In this document: positions 13,001-23,790 of the stretch, in pieces
Layout of the letters: every line of letters starts with the position of its first letter
Position numbering within the stretch: position 1 is the first letter of the stretch
Source: Macrostomum lignano
Lineage: Eukaryota
Assembly (NCBI GenBank): GCA_002269645.1
Contig: NIVC01003382.1
Coordinates: 1 to 64,000, forward strand
DNA: 64,000 bases
Direction: 5' to 3'
Notes under the pieces: model-generated
Seen by the model: the letters and a program-made list of their open reading frames with translations, nothing else
What the model was told of the DNA's origin: nothing
Database searches by the model: none
Position numbers and translations under genes: made by a program

Positions 13001-16000
13001 CTGCCTTAGTGTCTACCTGTGTGTCTGTCTGCCTTAGTGTCTACCTGTGTGTCTGTCTGCCTTAGTGTCTACCTGTGTGTCTGTCTGCCTTAGTGTCTAC
13101 CTGTGTGTCTGTCTGCCTTAGTGTCTACCTGTGTGTCTGTCTGCCTTAGTGTCTACCTGTGTGTCTGTCTGCCTTAGTGTCTACCTGTGTGTCTGTCTGC
13201 CTTAGTGTCTACCTGTGTGTCTGTCTGCCTTAGTGTCTACCTGTGTGTCTGTCTGCCTTAGTGTCTACCTGTGTGTCTGTCTGCCTTAGTGTCTACCTGT
13301 GTGTCTGTCTGCCTTAGTGTCTACCTGTGTGTCTGTCTGCCTTAGTGTCTACCTGTGTGTCTGTCTGCCTTAGTGTCTACCTGTGTGTCTGTCTGCCTTA
13401 GTGTCTACCTGTGTGTCTGTCTGCCTTAGTGTCTACCTGTGTGTCTGTCTGCCTTAGTGTCTACCTGTGTGTCTGTCTGCCTTAGTGTCTACCTGTGTGT
13501 CTGTCTGCCTTAGTGTCTACCTGTGTGTCTGTCTGCCTTAGTGTCTACCTGTGTGTCTGTCTGCCTAGTGTCTACCTGTGTGTCTGTCTGCCTTAGTGTC
13601 TACCTGTGTGTCTGTCTGCCTTAGTGTCTACCTGTGTGTCTGTCTGCCTTAGTGTCTACCTGTGTGTCTGTCTGCCTTAGTGTCTACCTGTGTGTCTGTC
13701 TGCCTTAGTGTCTACCTGTGTGTCTGTCTGCCTTAGTGTCTACCTGTGTGTCTGTCTGCCTTAGTGTCTACCTGTGTGTCTGTCTGCCTTAGTGTCTACC
13801 TGTGTGTCTGTCTGCCTTAGTGTCTACCTGTGTGTCTGTCTGCCTTAGTGTCTACCTGTGTGTCTGTCTGCCTTAGTGTCTACCTGTGTGTCTGTCTGCC
13901 TTAGTGTCTACCTGTGTGTCTGTCTGCCTTAGTGTCTACCTGTGTGTCTGTCTGCCTTAGTGTCTACCTGTGTGTCTGTCTGCCTTAGTGTCTACCTGTG
14001 TGTCTGTCTGCCTTAGTGTCTACCTGTGTGTCTGTCTGCCTTAGTGTCTACCTGTGTGTCTGTCTGCCTTAGTGTCTACCTGTGTGTCTGTCTGCCTTAG
14101 TGTCTACCTGTGTGTCTGTCTGCCTTAGTGTCTACCTGTGTGTCTGTCTGCCTTAGTGTCTACCTGTGTGTCTGTCTGCCTTAGTGTCTACCTGTGTGTC
14201 TGTCTGCCTTAGTGTCTACCTGTGTGTCTGTCTGCCTTAGTGTCTACCTGTGTGTCTGTCTGCCTTAGTGTCTACCTGTGTGTCTGTCTGCCTTAGTGTC
14301 TACCTGTGTGTCTGTCTGCCTTAGTGTCTACCTGTGTGTCTGTCTGCCTTAGTGTCTACCTGTGTGTCTGTCTGCCTTAGTGTCTACCTGTGTGTCTGTC
14401 TGCCTTAGTGTCTACCTGTGTGTCTGTCTGCCTTAGTGTCTACCTGTGTGTCTGTCTGCCTTAGTGTCTACCTGTGTGTCTGTCTGCCTTAGTGTCTACC
14501 TGTGTGTCTGTCTGCCTTAGTGTCTACCTGTGTGTCTGTCTGCCTTAGTGTCTACCTGTGTGTCTGTCTGCCTTAGTGTCTACCTGTGTGTCTGTCTGCC
14601 TTAGTGTCTACCTGTGTGTCTGTCTGCCTTAGTGTCTACCTGTGTGTCTGTCTGCCTTAGTGTCTACCTGTGTGTCTGTCTGCCTTAGTGTCTACCTGTG
14701 TGTCTGTCTGCCTTAGTGTCTACCTGTGTGTCTGTCTGCCTTAGTGTCTACCTGTGTGTCTGTCTGCCTTAGTGTCTACCTGTGTGTCTGTCTGCCTTAG
14801 TGTCTACCTGTGTGTCTGTCTGCCTAGTGTCTACCTGTGTGTCTGTCTGCCTTAGTGTCTACCTGTGTGTCTGTCTGCCTAGTGTCTACCTGTGTGTCTG
14901 TCTGCCCTAGTGTCTACCTGTGTGTCTGTCTGCCTTAGTGTCTACCTGTGTGTCTGTCTGCCCTAGTGTCTACCTGTGTGTCTGTCTGCCCTAGTGTCTA
15001 CCTGTGTGTCTGTCTGCCTTAGTGTCTACCTGTGTGTCTGTCTGCCTTAGTGTCTACCTGTGTGTCTGTCTGCCTTAGTGTCTACCTGTGTGTCTGTCTG
15101 CCTAGTGTCTACCTGTGTGTCTGTCTGCCTTAGTGTCTACCTGTGTGTCTGTCTGCCTTAGTGTCTACCTGTGTGTCTGTCTGCCTAGTGTCTACCTGTG
15201 TGTCTGTCTGCCTTAGTGTCTACCTGTGTGTCTGTCTGCCTTAGTGTCTACCTGTGTGTCTGTCTGCCTTAGTGTCTACCTGTGTGTCTGTCTGCCTTAG
15301 TGTCTACCTGTGTGTCTGTCTGCCTTAGTGTCTACCTGTGTGTCTGTCTGCCTTAGTGTCTACCTGTGTGTCTGTCTGCCTTAGTGTCTACCTGTGTGTC
15401 TGTCTGCCTAGTGTCTACCTGTGTGTCTGTCTGCCTTAGTGTCTACCTGTGTGTCTGTCTGCCTTAGTGTCTACCTGTGTGTCTGTCTGCCTTAGTGTCT
15501 ACCTGTGTGTCTGTCTGCCTTAGTGTCTACCTGTGTGTCTGTCTGCCTTAGTGTCTACCTGTGTGTCTGTCTGCCTTAGTGTCTACCTGTGTGTCTGTCT
15601 GCCTTAGTGTCTACCTGTGTGTCTGTCTGCCTTAGTGTCTACCTGTGTGTCTGTCTGCCTTAGTGTCTACCTGTGTGTCTGTCTGCCTTAGTGTCTACCT
15701 GTGTGTCTGTCTGCCTTAGTGTCTACCTGTGTGTCTGTCTGCCTAGTGTCTACCTGTGTGTCTGTCTGCCTTAGTGTCTACCTGTGTGTCTGTCTGCCTT
15801 AGTGTCTACCTGTGTGTCTGTCTGCCTTAGTGTCTACCTGTGTGTCTGTCTGCCTTAGTGTCTACCTGTGTGTCTGTCTGCCTAGTGTCTACCTGTGTGT
15901 CTGTCTGCCTTAGTGTCTACCTGTGTGTCTGTCTGCCTAGTGTCTACCTGTGTGTCTGTCTGCCTTAGTGTCTACCTGTGTGTCTGTCTGCCTTAGTGTC

Positions 16001-18263
16001 TACCTGTGTGTCTGTCTGCCTTAGTGTCTACCTGTGTGTCTGTCTGCCTTAGTGTCTACCTGTGTGTCTGTCTGCCTTAGTGTCTACCTGTGTGTCTGTC
16101 TGCCTTAGTGTCTACCTGTGTGTCTGTCTGCCTTAGTGTCTACCTGTGTGTCTGTCTGCCTTAGTGTCTACCTGTGTGTCTGTCTGCCTTAGTGTCTACC
16201 TGTGTGTCTGTCTGCCTTAGTGTCTACCTGTGTGTCTGTCTGCCTTAGTGTCTACCTGTGTGTCTGTCTGCCTAGTGTCTACCTGTGTGTCTGTCTGCCT
16301 TAGTGTCTACTGTGTGTCTGGTTGCCTTAGTGTCCACCTGTGTGTCTGTCTGCCTACCCATCAGTTACGAAACAGTTAAGCCCTTTATTCCCCGCAAACA
16401 GCAGCCAAGGCCGCTACACAGGCCATCCGTACCGTGCTTTCCCGCATTAAACATGAGCAGAAACTTGAGCGCGGCAAACTCGCACTTGTCCAACCGCAGG
16501 CTCTGCACCCGCTCAATTAGATCCATCAGGCGCAGCTTGACCTCGGACAGGTCCAGCAGGTCGAGAATATCGGCGGAGTGGTTCAGCTGAGACGAGTACT
16601 GCAGTTGCATTGATGGCGGATAGAATTACAAAAACAATAATCTTGCCAGACATATACAATTCTACCCAACTTACCCAACTCGATTCGATGCTGTCCTTTC
16701 TATTGTCGTGGACGCAGTGGTACAGGTATTCCAATAAGAGAATTTCTCCCAGCTGCTATTCAGTAGCTGCATTTGGTCTTCAACCTGGAGTGAATAAAAC
16801 AAAAACGCTGATGGAAACACAGTAGAAATGAAGAGATGAAAGGAGAGAGGAGACAAGAAGGTAAAGGAGAGAGGAAGGGAGAGGAAGGGAGGGGAGAGAT
16901 AAAGGTAGAAGGCAAGAGAGAGGAAGGGAGAGGAAGAGAGACAAGAGATGAAGGTAGAAGGCAAGAGAGAGGAAGGGAGAGGAAGAGAGACAAGAGATGA
17001 AGGTAGAAGGCAAGAGAGAGGAAGGGAGAGGAAGAGAGACAAGAGATGAAGGTAGAAGGCAGAGGAGAGAGAGGAAGGGAGAGAGATGAAGGGAGATGGG
17101 AGAGGAAGGGAGAGAGATGAAGGGAGAGGGGAGAGGAAGGGAGAGAGATGAAGGGAGAGGGGAGAGGAGAGATTAAGCGGGAGAAAGGAATGGAGGAATG
17201 GGGAGGGCAAGGGAGAGGAGGGAGGCCCGGAGTTGAGCTTTCCGAGTCTAACCAACAGTCCAAAACAGAAAACAAAATGGCAGAGTCCAGGAGTATGCAA
17301 AATAACTCACCGACACAACCTTGAAGTAATCGGCATTTCTAGCCCAGTCCACCAATGTGAACAGCGCCTGCTCCAAGAAGCAGCACAGGTTGTGAAAGAG
17401 GCTCTCAGGCTCTGTCAGATTGGGTATGAGTTGTTTTTCCACGAATTCGTTGATACTGTCCAGCTTCTTGCTCGCTTTAGCGTCGTAAGCCGTGATTCGC
17501 TCGATGATGACGCGGGTGGTTTCAACGCCGCCAGTCGACGAGGAAGCAGCCGCGGTCCCGGCTGAATCGACGCCGCTTAGCTGCGGATGCTGAGACACCG
17601 GCGGCATCTGCTGATGGTGCTGAAGCGGATGCTGCTGCTGCTGTTGTGGTTGGTGTTGCTGATGGTGCTGCTGGGACTGCTGATGATGATGCTGCTGCTG
17701 GTGGTGGTGCTGCTGTTGATGCCCCAGGTTGGGTAGCGCTAGAAGAGCCTGCGGCCCAACGGCGCCCAGCGGTCCTGGCAGACGCGGCATCTGCTGGCAG
17801 CGGCGGCCGCTGCCGCGGCCAGGTTGGGTTTTACATCGGCGGGCCCGCTAGCTGGGAAGAAGGCCGCGGCGGCAGCGGCTGCGGCGGCGGATCCGCCACC
17901 TTGGAGGGCGGCCTGCTGCGCCTCCCAAGACTGCTGCGAGCCGGGGAAACCTGCGGCGGCGGCAGCGGCTGCCGCGGCGGCGGATGAGACGGAAGCGCCA
18001 CCTGCGCCACCGCCGCCATGGTGGTGCCCGCCAGCCTGGCTAAGCGCCGGATGGGCGGCGGTGAGTCCGGGGAACATCGCCTGGGAACCGAAGGGCGCGC
18101 CGTGCGGCCCGTGCTGATTGGCTGAGCCAGCAGACGGCGGCGGCGGCTGCGGCTGATGATGATGAGGCGGATGAGGATGCTGAGGAGGCCCGGTGCTGAA
18201 GCCGAGCATGTGATTCCGATTGTCCATGAGCGCGCCCGGCTCAGATTTAAAGTTCATGGCGCT
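7064..18263 (-). CDS. ftz-f1: NR5A/FTZ-F1-like nuclear receptor, hinge plus ligand-binding domain (exons 18263-17311, 16784-16675, 16598 or 16586-16433, 7359-7064); two 1-bp frameshifts as assembled
   Basis: Helix motifs LCCFLEQALFTLVDWARNADYFKVVS/VEDQMQLLNSSW, LRLDKCEFAALKFLLMFN, LLDY...DKFGKILLRLPEIK and AF-2 IPRNTLIAEMLLSK match SF-1/LRH-1/FTZ-F1 LBD order. All introns are GT-AG with consistent phases (0, 0, 1). The His/Gln/Ala-rich hinge contains an FKSE SUMO-like motif. Confidence 0.85.
7400..16355. repeat. ~9-kb array of a 28-bp satellite (CCTTAGTGTCTACCTGTGTGTCTGTCTG), about 320 copies, filling the last nuclear-receptor intron
   Basis: Lines recur every 420 nt (lcm of 28 and 60). The intron spans 7360-16432. 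Confidence 0.98.
16830..17225. repeat. GA-rich (polypurine/polypyrimidine) tandem repeats in a nuclear-receptor intron
   Basis: Units such as GAAGGTAGAAGGCAAGAGAGAGGAAGGGAGAGGAAGAGAGACAAGAGAT. Confidence 0.9.
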
Positions 18264-18692
18264 CTATTGAAACAATGGTTCTTCTGTCTCTCTGTTTATT
18301 TCGTACTGGCTGCAAATGGGTTTCAGTAAATTTTGTGGTTGCAATGGCCGGCGGGAACCGCTGCCATGCAATCGATTATAAGACATATTTTTATGCATTT
18401 TTAATACATTTTTCATACCATGCTACAGAGGTAAGTTGCTTTTCAACAACAATAATAATCTACAACTGAATGAACAAGTAAGTGCAAATACATGGCCTAT
18501 TTTTAGTGACTAAAATTGTAACAGAGATAGGATAAGTTCCAAAATTGATGACTTAGAGACACAAAAAGCCAATGTATGACTCTATTGATTTTAAATTGCC
18601 AAATAAGGGTTTTAATATAGCACTTTTATTCAAACTTTGCTGAAATTGCTCAAATGCTACCCAAAAAATCCTCCCAACTTTGACTAACTATA

Positions 18693-19453
18693 GCCTTTTG
18701 CAGCCCATTTGGGCCTCGCGCATTGAATTTAATCGAAGATACGTTTCCAATGTAACGGAGCTTTTGTCTATGGTAGCAAGGCTGGCACAGCGGCATTTAA
18801 TTTGGTCCAACAAGCATCAATTTGGTCCAAACGCTTGTGCAGAGCCATTCGGCAAACTCTTGCCTTCTGGCAACCGTCTGCAGGTGGTTGCGTACCGCTT
18901 GAATGTCAGCGTCTCTACCAACAATTTTCTGTCGCTTTTCCAGAGCTCTGCTGATAGTCAAAATTGATAACCAACTGGATCTGTTTCTTCAACTTCTGCT
19001 GCATTTTCTGCAACGTCAGCAAAAGGTTCGTCTCAACTGCATCGAGTAGCAGTTGGACCTGAAACTCTCGCAACTTGCTTTGGCGATTGCCACCCTTTCG
19101 CAGGTGACCTCTGCCGGCAGTGGTTTCAATGCGCTGATGAATGTTGTAAACGATATTTTCTTCTATATTCAGCAACCTTGCAATGTTCTTTGGGTGTTCA
19201 CCTCTATCGAGCGCTTCGATCACAACAAGCCAATGGCATTCGTTTGACAGCCTAGCATTTCGTCCACAATTCTGAGGCTGATCTTGCTCCTCCGCAGCAG
19301 TTGCAAATGAAGCTATGGACCAAATTGATGCTTGTCGGACCCAATTAAATGCCGCTGTGCCAGCCTTGCTACCATAGACAAAAGCTCCGTTACATTGGAA
19401 ACGTATCTTCGATTAAATTCAATGCGCGTAAGCCCAAATGGACTGCAAAAAGC
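18693..19453 (-). mobile_element. Non-autonomous IS630/Tc1/mariner derivative, ~140-bp TIRs, TA TSD, truncated transposase HTH
   Basis: 18693-18830 is the inverted copy of 19317-19453; TA flanks both ends. The internal ORF 19223-18915 (IEALDRGEHPKNIARLLNIEENIVYNIHQR...KGGNRQSKL) resembles a transposase N-terminal HTH; no DDE domain remains. Confidence 0.85.
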
Positions 19454-19860
19454 TATTTTACTACTCATTGCTTTTAGCCTGTCTTAAAACTAAAATTTTA
19501 ACAAAATAACAAAAGATTTCTTCTATTGGATGCTGTGGTGATTTTGGGTGCAAGACTTTACTTGTACTTATTTTGTTATTTTTTATTTGTCCATTTGCAC
19601 TCATTCTCTATTTTTGTTTGTTTATTTCACCTGTTTCTCATTGGCTTATTTTGTCCCTACCCTCGTCGATGCCTAAACCCCTCCTCCATTGTGCACTCTC
19701 TCGCATTATTTCTCTACCCCTCCCCACATGCTGATTGGCTCTGGCGTTCTGGCTGGGGGTCATGCATTTGGTTTGCATTCCGATCTCTCCCTATCTGTCT
19801 GCTGGCTTAGGGTTGTTACTTGTACTTATTTCATCTTCGCGTCTGTATTAGGGTCATTTC

Positions 19861-21489
19861 ACACTGTAGATCTAAAAGGTCCGGAAAGGGTCCGAATTCT
19901 ATTTTTGGACCCTTAACCTGTCACTCACTGACTGTGCATGGCCTAGCGAGCCAGCACCTGTTCCAGCATCTGCATCAACAACACCAAAACATCCACCGTG
20001 TTAAAATGCGGTGCTAAGGCCGATTGCTTTGCCTTCCCCTATCCACCCTATCCATCGCGGACAATCAGGACAGGGCGAGGTTGCCATGGCCTGCCGTTTT
20101 CCCGGTCTAAAAAACCCTTCTGAAACATTCTGGCGCTCAAAGATTATCCGACGTTTTAAGGAGTTGCGTTTTAAAAAAAGCGGATGCTGACATCAACAGC
20201 GGTCCTATCGTTCAATAAATACGTTTTAAATCTAGGCGCTAGTGCAAGCGTCCAGCAGCAGCGACCAACAGGTGTACAGACGAGCAGAATAAAGACGAGG
20301 AAGACGACGCCGCACGACTGAAAACCCGCAAGCGTCAGCGATTAGACGACGACTTCAAAGATGACGACAAAGAAATCGATGATGGCATTGACAATCAAGT
20401 GGATGTGAATGATGCGAACAGCACGGTGGCAAAGAGCTTTACGCGCCACTTCGTGACATCCGTGTACTAGAACAGGAGGCATTTTCTAATGATTGAAACA
20501 TACAACAAAAGCAGGACCAACTATGTCCGGCAGTCCTCTCCGACGGAAATTCGTAATAAAGTGATGAAGTTGCTAATCTTCATCTACAACAAGAAAATTT
20601 TAATGAGAAACTATAAACTCAGCGAGGAATACCCTGCAGACGTAGAGACTGAGGCCAAAGAATTGCCCATGGCTGTCTGCCTTCTGCTAGGACGATTGCG
20701 AAGTGACCCTAAGATTAATTTTTGCGAAGAACTACCCACAAGGGTATTGACAGAAGGGGAGCAGTGGCGTGGCGTTTTCGTGAATGGAGCCAACCTTTTT
20801 GAAAGCTCAACAGACTGCTTTTGTGATCGTGTGCATGTATAGCATTTAACCTGTGGTACCTACCTGTCCTCGGGTCTTTTTTAGAAGTTGTAGAAGTTTT
20901 GGCGGGTCTCTATAAAAAGCTGTCCAAAAGCCAGCTGTGGCCCTTCTTGATGTTCTTTGTTAGCAAGGTGTGTCTATTTATTATTACATTATTGCTACTA
21001 ATGCCATCTCGATTTATTACATTATTGCCTGTAATTTCATGTCTGGTTGTTACACTTATTGCCTTTAATTTCATGTATGTATATTTGTTACATTTATTGC
21101 CCATTACTTTGTGTCTATTTATTTATTATATTTCTTATTGCTTATAATGCCATGCATATAACTTTAACTATATATATACATTCATGCTTCAAATTTTATA
21201 GACTTAGTACATTTAAAAGTCTTTAATAGTCATTAATATGAAGAAAACTAAACTACATATTAGAAAAATTGAAAACATGCTTTCTTTTTTGTATCTAGGG
21301 TTTGCATATGTACAAGATTAATGCAGAGTATATTATAGACTGGTGGACCTTTAAAGGTCCACTTCATTGCCAGTTTGGACCCTAAAAATAGACTTTTCTT
21401 GGACTATAATTTGGACCTTTAAGGGTCCATTTTATTAACACTCTGGACCCTTCAATTTGGACCTTTTTGGACCTTTTGAACTTACAGAT
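19861..21489 (+). mobile_element. Probable decayed DNA transposon (CACTA/CMC-like termini) with coding remnants
   Basis: Left ACACTGTAGATCTAAAAGGTCC...GGGTCC versus inverted right end CTGTAAGTTCAAAAGGTCCAAAAAGGTCC. Many subterminal GGACC/GGTCC motifs; interrupted ORF around 20280-20842. Confidence 0.45.
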
Positions 21490-22496
21490 TGCATCTTTGC
21501 AACAGTTGTTTTTGTCCAAGGGCTAAAATACCATACCTACGAGTACATTTAACATGAATAAATTAGAACAATCATAGTAGACATACAAGCCTATAGCTTG
21601 AATGTGAGTAAGTTATCAGAGAATGTGAATAAAGAACCTCAAGTTTAGCAGTGGCCGCATAAGTGTTTGAGTCTTTGGTATGAGTTTTTTGGGGTCTGGA
21701 GTTAGGCATTCTGTTACTATGCATTTGCCATAACCCTGGTTGCTGGCCTCCAGTTAGTATATGTAGCACAACCAAGGGTTGGTAAGCAGCAGGACTAGAG
21801 TGCTAACCCTCCTTGCTTGCACTGAGTATAAGGTAAGGCCAGCTAGTTTGTCTTAGATACAACAATGTAGTAGGTTCATTTCTATAGGATTATATGGAGG
21901 AAAGTTATAGTCACTTACAATAATGTTTTTGGTGCCATATCAAAATATAAAATTTGAATCTTGATGTAATATATATTCTAGAAAATGTTCTTAAAGTGAA
22001 ATATATCTGTTATATGCTATAAATTTTATGATTTGTTTTAAAAATGTTTTTAGTTTTATGGACATCTATATTTTTAGATTTATACAAGTTTTTTAACTTT
22101 GCATAGCATATCTAATTAAGCATTTTTATTATCATTTTAACTGCATTATTATATTATTTTTCAATAAACCTTTAGTTGAAAAAAGAGTATAGGATTATTT
22201 TCTAATTTTTGGTTATTAACTAGGATACTAAAAATCAAACTAGGGTATAATATAGCAAGTACTAAAAAGCATAGAAACTTACTAAATATATTGCTATATT
22301 GAAAAAAGCATAGCTAATTAATATTTGCTTACTTTATAATGTTTAATTATTAATTTAATCAAGGTTTTTCTATCTACAACAACTTTTTAGATAAGCATGG
22401 AATGCCTTGGCAAAGATATTTTATGATTTAGCAAGGAATAAATAGAGGATTTATATTTTTATAGGAAATTACATAAGGTGCTAGAAATTTCTGCAA

Positions 22497-22755
22497 TAGG
22501 GATTGCAAAAAAAATAGTTTTTATGATCCCGGGATTTCAAAATTTAATTTTAGAATTTAGCCAATCCTAGGATTTAATCTTAAAATCAGAAAAACACTGA
22601 TTTTTAAGCTTCTAGGTTGTAATTTTAAGGCTAAAATATATGCTAAACATTTTTTTGTTTCCATTTTTGATTGTTACAAAAATTTATACTAGGCTTTAGG
22701 ATCCTAACTTCCAAGATTTGGCCAAATCTTAAGATTTTGAAATTGCAATCTCTAC
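22497..22755. mobile_element. Degenerate MITE with TAGGGATTGCAA termini
   Basis: TAGGGATTGCAA at the left and TTGCAATCTCTA at the right; internal ATCCCGGGAT-like palindromes. Confidence 0.45.
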
Positions 22756-23790
22756 TTCCTATATACTAAAAATTTACAATCTAAAACCCTAGCCACCACT
22801 AGACAAGATGTTTATAGCCACAATCTATAACTAAATTTTACTCAAAAAAGTGTTGCCCCAATTTTTTTATAACTATAGCTATGGGATATAGTTTTCTTGA
22901 CTATTAAACAAAATATTTTTACAAAATGATTAAGGCCGAGCCAAAAGCCCAAGGGTCGTATGGCCTTTGGTTTCATTAGTCAATAATAAACCAAATGAGT
23001 TTGAAACTAATATCTTATAAATTAAACTTAGAATAAACCTATAATAATAGAAATATACAAGCATACAAACAAACCTTAGAGATTTAGTATATTTAGATTC
23101 TATTTCCCTATTAGAATAAGTGGACAAAAAGCATTTGACTTTTGGTCCCATTTTTTATAATACTATATTATAATTGGAGTCAAGGTAGATGATAGTACTA
23201 CAGTATGGTACAGTTTTTGGATAAATGGCAAAAGTAACTATGATTATCTTATTAAGGCTAAATGCTTTATAATCTAATTAGTATTATGCTTGTATTTAAT
23301 GCAAAAGTAAACCTGCTCTGTGTGGCAGGTTTTGTAGCATTTTTGAGCTACGATTTTAGACCCTATGTTATACATCTATAGTATAGGTTTTCTATACTTC
23401 TATTCTAAAAAGGGTTTCACTTATGGATTGATATAATATCATATCTAAACCTATGCATTTTCTATATGATAAAAAAATCAAACTAAAATAGGCTTTGCTA
23501 AATTGCTAAGTATCAATAAACATAGGCACTAACCAAAAGGCATAGAAACTTACTAAGTATCCATAGTTAGGATCATGGCATACTTGCACCAGAATGAATC
23601 CTATCAAAAAAAATTGATTGCGCTGTGTGCTAGAATATAGGATTAACAAATCCTATCAAAAAAGTTTGCTTATGCCATGCGTTGGAATTATTCTTATCAA
23701 AAAAATTAGCTTACATTTGTATCCCAACTTTTTAAAATTAAAAATTTAAAAAAATATTAGTAAAACTTATATGCAATATATGCAACATAT

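Noticed and set aside
7400-16355. Recursive-splicing ratchet points (AG-GT in each 28-bp unit)
   Set aside because: The sense strand is purine-rich, with no polypyrimidine tract before the AG and a weak donor consensus; not supportable without reads.
17233-18117. Plus-strand ORFs opposite the receptor, and similar shadow ORFs opposite the sHSP, LINE and orphan ORF
   Set aside because: Antisense shadows of GC-rich coding sequence with no independent motifs.
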